From Tubiluchus corallicola (taxonomy: Eukaryota; Animalia; Priapulida): DNA of 64,000 nucleotides. Below the pieces are notes generated by a model, which worked only from the letters and a program-made list of their open reading frames with translations, was not told the origin of the DNA and did not search any database. Below, piece by piece: positions 1-11,053 of the stretch. Positions within the stretch are counted from its first letter, which is position 1, and every line of letters begins with the position of its first letter. The translations under genes and the position numbers were made by a program. The stretch covers positions 89,473 to 153,472 of the forward strand of contig JAQGDQ010000527.1 in assembly GCA_030141605.1 (NCBI GenBank), written 5' to 3'.

Positions 1-236
1 TAATGTCATTGTCGGACATGACGAAATATATGGTTTTTAATATAAATTTTAATAACTTCTAAAATAGTTTCTTGAGTGTAGTAGTGTAGTCGTAATGATG
101 TACGCAGGTCGGATGCAAAAAAAAATCGTTATTAAGTCCTACTGTACTGGGCTCCTTGACCAAATTGCATGTGGCCCACAGGAATTGCGGGAAAGTTTAA
201 TGTGTCCCGGCTAGTCAGATAATTTGCACACCCCTG
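1..236 (-). mobile_element. hAT (Charlie-like) MITE family A, partial
   Basis: Ends in TIR tttgcacacccctg; near-identical to the copies at 7889, 21450 and 57054. Confidence 0.85.
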
Positions 237-514
237 GACTAGAGCACACTCGGCCATTGCATGTTGCCACTTTTTTGTCGTACTCATGTGTTTGCATTTT
301 TTGTTTGGCAAACAATGTCTGTATTTGCAGTCAACCATTGTTTAATGCAACTCATTATAATGCCAAACTGGTTTGACTGTGCAAGAAGAAAGACGAATGT
401 TTGAAATTTTGTCACTGTACCAGGAACAATAAACTGTTGGGGGAAATGATCAGTGCCAATTTGGCAACTCCATTTTAAATTACACTTACTTAAGTTATTG
501 TATAAAAAACTATT

Positions 515-960
515 TATACATCAAACGAAAGGTCTGGATCTAGTGTCGTGCCATAGGGGTTTATTTTTTTAATCCGGCCCAGCGGAACGAACGGGGGGTG
601 AAAAACCTCCAAAAATCTCTATTTTTCGGCCGTTTTTTTTGCAAAACTTATACGTCTGAGATCTGAAGAACGGGAACGGGCCGAGGGTGGTGCTGGCTAT
701 GGATAGATAGCCCGTTCAGTGGTGGGTGTCATAGGCTTATTTAGAATTTGCTAGAGGGCCACGGCGTCCTGTAACGGGCGTTTTCTCGGACCCAACTCGC
801 GATTTTTTTCGAAATTTTGGTCAAACAGCCTATATAAAAAACGTTCTAGTGGCGCCTGGTGGCACTCTCGGGAGGAGATATACGGGTCATTAGAAAGAGG
901 AAGAACAGGGCTACACGATTATACTCTGCCTATAACCTTATAACTTTAATTCAGTAAAAG
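515..960 (+). mobile_element. Interspersed repeat, probable non-autonomous DNA transposon fragment
   Basis: 515-700 is highly similar to 63040-63222; GC/CpG richer than its flanks. Boundaries are approximate. Confidence 0.6.
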
Positions 961-1875
961 CTGCTGCTGCTGGCTTTGCATTAGGAAATAAACGAATACT
1001 GGGTAGAATGTTCGCGCATTGTTGATTATAAGTGTATTTATATGGAAAATTTTTTGCGGGGCCTTTGCTAGTATATTCTATTAATATCCGTGTTGAATTA
1101 GAAATATGTTGCTTCCAAAAAATGTTCCGTTTTCTTTATTTTAATCCATTATGTTTAACGATTTAATGTTTGTTATAATTGTGGAAACTCGTATTGTTTT
1201 CCACGAGTTTTATAATCGTGTGCTACTTTTTGTTTGAAATTAAAATACGTAGGTTTTAGTTTTTTGATCGGGGCAAAACGGTCATTGGTTGTAAAAATTG
1301 TCATTCATTTCGTTTAGGTCCAGGTGTCATTTTTTCTCATTTATACACAAGCTGTTGTTCTTTTCAGTGTAATCACTGATACATTTTAAAACTGTTTGAT
1401 GTATTTTCATAGGAATGTGAAATGTGCATGCACTGTCGCACTTATGTACAGCTTGAAACCTAGTCAAAACAAATTGTTTCTGTTCATTTTGAAAATTTAT
1501 TATGAACACTTAAAACTGTATTTGGCGACATCTTTTACAAGTTACAATGTTAATAAACTTGTTTTATTATTATTATTAATAAATTTGTTAATATTAAGAA
1601 ATATCGTTAGCGTTTGAACACACACAGATTAGAACAAACTGTTGTCTCTTTCTGACAGGGATAAACTAATACGACTTGTTCTTCCATTAGTTATTTCTAA
1701 AGCAAGAATTGAGTGGGGAAACTTAGCCAATTCCTGAAACGTCACTTAGTAAAGGGAACGATAAAAGATGATCCGTCTAGTACAGGCAATAGAAAAGATT
1801 TTGGTAGAGTAGTAATGTGAAGGAAGAGAGGAAAGGTGGGAAGGGACTGAAAGTAAGAAATTGTGAGAAAGAGGG

Positions 1876-1915
<40 letters not shown>

Positions 1916-1967
1916 GGAGGGAGGGAGGGAGGGAGGTAGGGAGAGAGAGAGGAGGGGAGAGGGAGAA
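1876..1967. repeat. Compound microsatellite (TA)n(GA)n(GGGA)n
   Basis: Directly visible. Confidence 0.95.
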
Positions 1968-2923
1968 ACCCATGAATGAGTATTTGGGATAAATAGATTG
2001 CGGTTAGAATGATAGGCAAAGAAGCCAGAAGAGGCAGTAAAAGCAAGGAGAAATAGCAGAGCAAGAGAAAGACAGAGAGAGAGATGGAGGACAAGACAGA
2101 CTAATATTCTTGTCAGTATTGTGCAGTTCAGCAGTCTTTCACAGGGAGCATCCTCTAATACCAGTACACCTGCGGATGAGCTTTCTGCTCCCCACTTCCA
2201 CGAAGTTCGAGAAAAGCAAACGTAACTTACTTCTTCAGAAGCAACCAAGAAGTCACTAGCATAAAATTATACAGATATTTCAGCAGCATAATGCAAGTCT
2301 TTGCTGAAACAAAGCCACTTTACCATGATTCCAATAAAGTGGGAAATCACTACCACCAGCAAGTTGATTTTGTGGAATGAAACAAGATGGCGCACCTGCA
2401 TAATAATTTCGCATGTTACGTTTATTACATACATCAGTGATGACAGTACATTCATCACAGTTAGTTTCAGTGTAATTTGCTTCATACAAACTTGAGTTGT
2501 GGGATTATAAAATTGTAACATATTGTAGTATAATTGTGTTTATTATAATCATGTACACGGTGGTACATGAACTTTTGCTAAGTGGTACAAAACCAAAAAG
2601 TAAAAGTACAGAACAGTTTATTACATCTAAGTATTGCTCAAATAATAGCAAATCTATCACACCTTCACAATTTGGTGTGGAACCGCACACTACTCGCACA
2701 GTCTGCAATCTTCAGGTTTATGATTGGAACAGCGACTGGAAGAATTCAAGATCCTCTAACACGTCTTGCAGATGTCTCACAAGCTTGTCTGTCGAATACT
2801 GAGCAACGGGATATTCCTTCACCATCTTAGTGTCCACTCTGCCTTTCAGGGTAGCTCCAATGCGTTGGGGGGGGGGGGTGAACTCTAGTGAATTCCCTGG
2901 CCATTCAGCACAATGGCAAAAAA

Positions 2924-3306
2924 TTGTTGTTGTTGGTTGGGTGCATGCCTGGGCAAGGTGTATGGAGATCCTGAGCTGCCCAGACAACAGGAACCCCCTC
3001 TCTTCCTCCCTGGTGTAGTTCAAAGGAAAGCGGAGTGATGCGTTTGGCACCAGGTTGGCTGCAGGAGCTGCCGGAGTCAGTGAGCATGCTGCACTGGTCC
3101 GCCTTCGGGGCTCCACTCCTGATTTGGAAGGTTTACTCCTCTACACATGGCCATTGTGTCACTTGACCTCTTCCGCCCTCTAGCTGTTGGCTGCTTGTGC
3201 ACCTGGTATTCCTAGGCAGTCACCCATCCAAGTACTAACCAGGCTCTGCATTGCTTAACTTCGGTGATCAGACGAGAACCGGTGTTTTCAACGTGATATG
3301 GCCGTA
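2924..3306 (-). mobile_element. 5S-headed SINE, internally deleted and lacking the 3' terminal module
   Basis: 5S head at 3200-3306 fused to the shared body. It ends in (CAA)n, with a degenerate TSD (atggcaaaaaa / acggcaaaaga). Confidence 0.85.
3200..3306 (-). rRNA. 5S rRNA-derived sequence (3'-truncated SINE head)
   Basis: Reverse complement reads tacggccatatcacgttgaaaacaccggttctcgtctgatcaccgaagttaagc...ggttagtacttggatgggtgac. Confidence 0.7.
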
Positions 3307-3582
3307 ATACGGCAAAAGATAATACCAAAGTTTTTACGACACTGCTCTGATCATATCCCTCAAGACTGTAAGCAGTATGAGACATGAGAAGGTACGATAG
3401 AATGTCAATTGACTCGTCTATACTCTGATGTAATAAATTGCTCTGTACTGTTATGTATTGTTTCTGTATCTCCAAGAAAAGTATTGTGTACCACCCAGTA
3501 CTGCAGTGATCTTAGAAAAGGGCAGCATTGAATGCGGGATCTCTAAGCGGAATCACTACAACTGTTACTTGCATGTCCTGAT

Positions 3583-3917
3583 TAGGGGTGAGCATTCTCT
3601 ACCAGAAAGCGAATTCGAATTGAGATTGAAAGATTTTCGAACAAGTTTTCAAACCACCAGTAAAAATTAGTCTTACAAAGATCATGTGTATCACTAGATT
3701 TTGTTCTGCAATAAAACGACTAGTAATTTGTTTAAAGTTGTGCGCAGAAATCACTGCTAAATTATGCTAATTGCATGTTGTTTCAATCGTTTTAGTGATC
3801 AGGAAGATATGTGATTGAACTGCTGAATTATTCGAATCTATAGTTTTGGATTCAAATCGACTTCGAACTAAAAAAACTCGTTCGAATCGAACTCGAGCGT
3901 TCGATTGCTCACCCCTA
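3583..3917 (+). mobile_element. hAT MITE family B (TAGGGGTGAGC TIR)
   Basis: TIR taggggtgagca/tgctcaccccta, perfect 8-bp TSD gtcctgat, subterminal ttcgaa repeats; second copy at 35028. Confidence 0.92.
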
Positions 3918-4228
3918 GTCCTGATACATCACTGAAGTGGACAGATTGCTTTCCAAAAGAAGCGTAGGCACATGTGGGTCATGTGACCGACCAAGTCTGC
4001 GATCTGCACTTGTGACAAAAGAAAAACAGAAGTAATTCCACATGGGCCAGTGTCTCTGTTACCCACTGATTCATACTCTGGAGTTATGTAGGTATCAGTC
4101 TTGCTGCATCGTGGTGTGAAAGTCATGTGATCATTGTTAACTCATCTTTTGGACATTTTACACAATTGCGCACATGATAATCCTGCTCTGCACAAATCAC
4201 AGTCAATTTCTAAATTAAACATGCAGCC

Positions 4229-7200
4229 TCAGGCGGATGCTAGACTGTCCGACATGTCTTTGAGCTGTTTCGCAAATGCCTGAAATGACACAAAAAATCG
4301 TTGCTAAATACGATATAATCAATAATGTCACAGTGATAATACTGTTGCTTTGGAAAGCAAAACAAGCAGCTAGTTCATTTTTATTTGTTACCAAATTACA
4401 AGCCACTGTTGGTACTGAATTTTAAAATTTTTTACTCGACATTTTAAGACAGAGCAAACGAACGATTTTTTGCAAAAAATGGAAACCAATATTTAACATT
4501 TTTCCTTCACGTTCCAATGGCTTCCGCAAATGGTGAGTTGTCAATAGAAGCCACATTAGCCAGTGTGGTGATGTACTTGCACCAATTTTTTTTTAATTTT
4601 TCGACTAAAAGCAACACCAGATGCCCTTGACGTCTCCCAAAATCTGACTACGTCAAATTTGCCTTGTTTTATCTTCTTCACACCTGACCAAGGTTCTTAT
4701 AACTTTTTATTAACGTTCGCTGATGTTACAACGTCTGCCACAACAAAATCTGATATTATTACTTTTATAAAACTAACTTGGGGTAAAAGGTTGGTTTTGA
4801 GGGACAACCGACTGAATGACCAACCAAAAGACACAACTTTAGTAATAATACGAGAAATGATTACAGTACTGGCAATTTAAAAAGTGTAGGAGGTCATAAG
4901 TAGTCATCCCAAGGTTCTCTGAAGCTTAAATTGATTGCAGCATGACAGTCATTTTACGCCTTTTGTGAATAGGGTGCTATGCAAAGATCCTATTAAGCCT
5001 TGAAACTAACAAAGTCTGGAAAGTGCTGATGACTACTTATACGCATGTACTTCAGAAATAAAACATACTCTATATTCGGAAATAGTCATTTCTAATGTTT
5101 TCGTGTGCAGCGTGCCTGCATTGTCGGCTATCGTCATGGTTACGTGAACATACGGATGATTTAGATTTTTGCAAGAACTCGATGTAACGGCAATACCTAG
5201 ACCCCACTGCAGATCTAGCAGCTGTAAAACAAAATACTCATTGTCAGGCAGCAAAAAGCTAATTAACAACAATTCACCAATCTTGAAATTATGATTACAG
5301 TAGTTGCCGCTTAATAGAACCATGTGACATAAAACCAGAGAGAAAGTTTTTTTTCCATATAAGTTGACCCTCGTTAAACCGGACCCCGTTAGCCCGGATA
5401 TCGGATAAGACGGACGTCATCCGCGGTAAAAGAAACTGACCGATTTCCGTCCGAGCCGGAGCGCTAAACACAACACGGCCTACCAACTGTACAATAATTT
5501 CTTTATCCTCACAGGTTAACTATTTTAAAGTAATATACAGTATAGTATATAGTGCAATGTATATAGGCCTTACTAAGGTGATTATTCCTGTATAATATAG
5601 ACCATATATAGGCATATCGGATAAATCGGACAATCGGCTAAACTGGAACACCCCCCCCCCCCCAATTAGTTCGGTTTAACGAGGGTTGACTGTACCTAGA
5701 ATTACCTATATAGAAACTAGTGTTAAGAGAATTTGGTTAATAAAATCAGTGCATCCTTTAATAAGAAAATATGGTCACATTTTTCAGTAATGGGCGACAA
5801 AAACGATAACAAAATGAAAAAAATAAAATGTTTTTTTGTAGTTTGTTTACTCTTTACTATACGCATTTGAAATTTAAGACCCGTTTCCTAGATTCAGCTC
5901 TTCTTAGTCAAAAGTCACACTGAATGTTAAAGTTGGTTGTTCTCCTCTGCATGTACAGCTACTAAAGTAAATTTTAGTCTGTTGAATGAACTTAAATCAC
6001 TGTTGTATAATTGAGTCATTCTGTAGGCATGCAAGTGAGCTGACTGTCCCGTGTTTAATTGACATAATTTATAGTATTAATTAGGAGCGTTTATGAACTG
6101 TATAGTGTGTACTTTGCCAAACAGGCCTCCATTTGTTAATACCACTTTTTCCTGGCCCCAAGATAATTTTGTTAAGCAACAACTAATGTATGAACGTTAA
6201 GTAAATAGTTAACAGCCATACAAAATTTCTACTTAACTTCATAACCATCTATTCTGCATAAACTTCTGCCTGTTCAATGCTTTAGTTGTCATTAACGTTT
6301 GATGGAAGAAGCAGAGCCAGATTATCTGCAGCCTAGGGTCCCTCAAACTTACGGAGCCCTCATGCTTTGGTAGCATTTAGTAAGAAATCTGTTTTTTCAT
6401 CATGGCTGCATTGAAATATGTGCTAATTCGGTTGGCAATAAATAGTAAACTAGTGGTATTTCTTATGGAATATTTTTATTGACAAACAAATAAATATTTT
6501 ATTTAAAGAATCTGCAACAAGTTTACTTCAAGCTACGTAAATCTCGCTAAATATATCACGAGTAAAAATATTCAAGACGGGTGTGGGTGAGTTAGAGGGT
6601 GACTCCACCATAGGAGGGCCCTATATTTTATTAACCCAGGGGCCCCAAAAGGTGATAATCCGACCCTGGGTGGGGGTACATACTTTTGTCTTTTCTTCAC
6701 CAGGTTAAAACACACACAAGTTTCACGTCACAAATTTGACAAAAAATGATAAAATACCTTATTAACACCGGCTTCGTTTGACGCGAGTGACAACATGGCT
6801 TCCCGATCTTGCCACGCGTCGCATACCAACCGAATGGCTTCGTCTTTCCATGCGAAACTCCACTTCAAACCTTTTAGTAAAGCTTCTGGAGTAATTCTGG
6901 CTTCGCTGCATGACCTGCAAACAACGTAAAGTAAAATACACTCAACATTGTCCACACACATACATTCCTACACACCTAAATGTGGGTGTCACTTGAGAAA
7001 TCCAGAAGTACAAGGATTACAGTTTTCTATCATCAAAGCCATTGTTGTGGTCGTTGCCACAGCTCATGATAATCGTTGTGGAAGTTGGAATTGTACATTA
7101 TAATTAGGTGCTGCCATCTATGGGCTACTCCTGTTACATTCCACCAGCTGATTTACCCCCAGTATAATTTTTGTGAAGCCTGTGCAAGTCTGCATAGGTC

Positions 7201-9264
7201 AAGTTCTATACCTATATATACTGACTGTTTTTGCTTTCTAGTCACTCTAACTCTCAGTGTTCAGTGAAGGAGACTCTCACTCTCAGTGTTCAGTGCAGCA
7301 GTCATGCTATTCAAGTATCTTTAGTTTTAATAAACACTTTTCTGTTGTGTGCCGTGCAAATATGTATTATAGATTTTTTATTCTTGTTCATACTTCTGTG
7401 CCTAAACTCAATCATAACAAAGTGAGTGATCAACAACTTCAAACATGACTTTCACAATCGTCGTCACCATCATCAATGTCATGATCATCATCACGTTCTC
7501 ACCATTATCTTCGATATAGATCATTATTACTATTAATACTATTACTTATCGGCAGTAGCAGCTAGTGTATAGGTGCTGTGGAACTGCAGTAGCCCCGATT
7601 TTCAACCGATATTATCGATAGCATTTAATATAACGAGTCTTTTTTCTTTAATTATTTCTTTATACTTGTACATATTTGTAAATTCTTGCACGGAACCAGA
7701 GCATGTGCACTTCACAGTTTCAGTAACGGAGTTTTTGGCTGTCGTGCGCAAGCTGCCAAGCGCACATGTCTGAGAAAGAAGCTGAAAGCTAGGTAGAGAA
7801 GGCACTGTCGCTCACGAAGTGCTGCCCCTGTTGACTCAGCATGTGTTATGCTAAAAAACCGTGTACCATATTCTTGAATGTGTTAAAGCAGGGGTGTGCA
7901 AATTATCTGACTAGCCGGGCCACATTAAACATTCCCCCAATTCCTGTGGGCCACATGCAGTTTGGTCAAGGAGCCAAGTACAGAAAGGCCTAATAACGAT
8001 TTTTTTGCATCCGACCTGCGTACGTCATTACTACTACACTCAAGAAACTATTTTAGAAGTTACTAAAATTTATATTACAAACCACATATTTCTACTTTCA
8101 GGACAGATAGTGGTAATTTCATTACAATGCATATTAGTATTGTGTATCACACAGTCTGTGTAGTACAGTGACATTAAGCTACAACCGTCTTGTACGGGTC
8201 CCGCGTCTTTGCCCGCGAGCCGCAGTTTGCACACCCCTGTGTTAAAGTGTAGATGATTATCATGCTTCCAGCTATTCTGTTTAATTCAATATTTTATCAA
8301 GTTTATGTATAAATTTTCTGAAGCAGCACCGCCACTAATTTTGGCTACGAGCCACCACCGCTTATCGGCACCACTATCAGGACCAGCCACGTATAGTGAC
8401 ATAATCAATAATTCCATTACACAATATTTCAGAACAATAATTTTGAAAAATGTCTATTTCACGTACACGCAGTGACTCAGCAAACTACAAAAGCAAGAAT
8501 CATTTACCGAAAAAGGTAGTTTAGTGATCTTGCAGCACTGCACAGTGATTCTTCGTTAACTCCACTAGGCTGCAAAAGAGAAAAGTTGAAAACTCCGGCA
8601 ATAAGCATTTTAATTCTAATTATAGTCTAGTCATAGGTATATGTATTGATCGATTCACCACTGAGTTTGTCTGTTTGGCGACATAACGAATATAGTTTAC
8701 ATAAGCACTCATCCTAGCATGACGTGGCGAGGGCGAGAAGCGAGGGTGGCGACTTAACGAGGTAAATATCAAAGCAGGAAATCCGTCCTGGTACTTTCTA
8801 TGGCGAGAGACGAGTTTGGCGGCATAACGAGGGGCGAGATAACGAGGCTAGACTGTATTAGTAAAGAATGCTTTTCCTCATCTTCAAGAAAGAGCTACTC
8901 TCTGCCTTGAAACATAGAAAGTAAAGCACAATTAAGCTATTGTTTAGCCAGGATTTGAACCGGAAACTTCCTGCTTTAGTAACTGGTCGAATGATCAAGG
9001 ATGCCTGGGATACATCAATGCATACTTAATAATCAAAACTGTCACTAAATGTCATCACCAGGTCAAAGTGCTGTTGTCGGTATCACTTAACGAAGTGGAT
9101 ATTAAAAGTCAACTTACTTTAACATATTTGTCGACGGAAACCGACACTGTGCCAGTCGCATCCAGTAGATCGGACAAAACGTCATAGCTCTAGGAAATAC
9201 AAAATAAACGTGTGATTTCAATGCAAATGAGTTTTTCTAAATTAACATTAAATTAAGTCACCAT
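4229..9264 (-). CDS. COMMD6: COMM domain-containing protein 6, long form (~165 aa, 6 coding exons; N-terminus uncertain)
   Basis: Exons 9262-9264 (ATG), 9118-9189, 8508-8569, 6758-6914, 5069-5221, 4229-4279, all GT-AG and in phase. C-terminus LLDLQWGLGIAVTSSSCKNLNHPYVHVTMTIADNAGTLHTKTLEMTISEYRAFAKQLKDMSDSLASA* matches the COMMD6 COMM domain (human LVDFQWKLGMAVSSDTCRSLKYPYV...). Confidence 0.88.
5362..5692 (+). mobile_element. Tc1/mariner (pogo/Tigger-like) MITE family C
   Basis: TIR (c)agttgaccctcgttaaacc, TA flanks; copies at 26495, 33742 and 50982. Confidence 0.88.
7077..7456 (+). mobile_element. Solo LTR family 1
   Basis: TGTGG...TCACA termini, perfect 5-bp TSD atcgt, internal tatata and aataaa; second copy at 20600. 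Confidence 0.85.
7889..8239 (+). mobile_element. hAT MITE family A (internally deleted)
   Basis: TIR caggggtgtgcaaa, perfect 8-bp TSD tgttaaag. Confidence 0.92.
8643..8856 (-). mobile_element. Tc1/mariner-type MITE family D, left-end fragment
   Basis: Reverse complement of 28000-28208. Confidence 0.8.
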
Positions 9265-9717
9265 CTTCTGATGAACTATAAACGCGATTGCTGTGAAGGT
9301 ATCGTACAGCGGAACCAAGATTTCAACACAAATCTGCACTGTGGCACTTTGACAAATGTGTACCACTTTTGTTCAGTTACTCCTACTCTTTTTTACACCA
9401 TTTGGCACCAACATCCACATCCGAAATCGTGCATCCAATAAATTAGCAGTGTCTAGTAATTTGGCCATGAATGGAACTTAGTACATTTGGTATTTGGTAT
9501 ATGAGGAGAAGAGTAAGCCAACAGCAATTAACTGGACAAGGTTGTCTTTGGCTAGTTACTCAGTGGATGAGAGATTGGCGTAAGAGACGGAAATCATGCT
9601 CTACTCACGAAAGTGAGAAGGTGAGTTTAGTTCCAAAATCAAGAATAATCAGGACTAATTTTAAGATGGAACACTAAACTGAGAGAATTGTCTTAATTGC
9701 CCTCTAAATTCTGTTTT

Positions 9718-9960
9718 ATAATAATAATAATAATAATCTTTTATTTATCTTTTAACACACGCACAGTTGTAATACAATTAATTTGGTAACAAAAACGTGA
9801 AGAAAGGGCAGCGAGAGACCAATTGGTCATCTAGTCAGCTGCCCTTTGGTTAGTGCACATTTTTAATAGGTGCTATGCTACCGTGTATTAGTGTTAGTAC
9901 TGCTTATAATAAAAACTAAATTGTTACGAATGACATTAAATTGATATGCTTATATTTTGA
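9718..9960 (-). mobile_element. 3' end of a LINE/SINE with (ATT)n tail and terminal stem-loop
   Basis: Shared with 49279-49497; aaagggcagc...gctgcccttt hairpin; AATAAA plus (ATT)n on the minus strand. Confidence 0.7.
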
Positions 9961-11053
9961 TGAGTAAAACAGTAAAACACCCCAGAATCTGATTTTCCAT
10001 GTCCACATCCACCCTTTTACTAATCAGATACAGGGATGATTAATTTGTACCAAGCACCATGCACCTAGGTACCCTCACTACCCATTCGCCCTCCCTATCA
10101 TTTCCAATTCCACTTTGTCTTTCATGTGTTAATACATAAAGCTAGACAATTTACAGACGCTGTAATTCAGCTGGATAAAAATTAGATAATACGACAAGTC
10201 ATGTTTTCTAGATATATAGAAATTATATTCTTTATTTTCTGACAAATAATCTACAACAACACAAATGCACACGACCAATGTCCACAACACAGTGTATAGG
10301 ATACGAGGCTCGCGCTGAAAACAAATAATAAAAAATAATACTAAACGGGCGCGTAAATACCAACCAGATCCTTCAAGACATTTTCGTCCAGTTTATTGAC
10401 AACATCTACTCCACTAGCAAACCCTATAAATTTTAATAATGTTAAAACATTTACTTTTTGTAAAACAAAGCATTATAACAGAAACATCATTTTCAGTATG
10501 ATACCAAAATTATAATTCACCAAACTTAAGTGGACTTGGAATTTTAGCAAAATCTACGCAACCGTTTTTTCTAAATTAGACAAAATTACCTGCAGGTGCC
10601 TGCTGTAAAATTTTCAATAAGGGAGCTGACATGTTGAAATTTTAGTTTTGAATTTTGGCATTAGATGTCACTGTCTAGCAAGTCAGTTACGTCATTGCTA
10701 ATCACATGGCTTGCTGACTAGACGTGGTTAGACGGATTTGTTTTTTTAGTAAAGTCAGTTTCAGATTTCTCGTAAAAATTAGGTAAGTCTCGATCTGAAA
10801 AGTTACTTTTTTGCACTTTTCGGTAATGGAATTCATCATCAATTCAATTAAAGTTTAAACTACTGATAGGCAGCTTGATTGAATTTTGATTATCTGTCAA
10901 GTTTTGGTGACAATTGAACTGAAGCCATACTAACAATGCTTATTTTAAGTCTAGGATGTCAGTCATCCAAGACTAAACACTGTGAAGTCTGGAAAAAGGT
11001 AGGAGGAAGCTAGAAGACCATGATGTGGTGATTGCAACATTAAGCTGTCAAAT

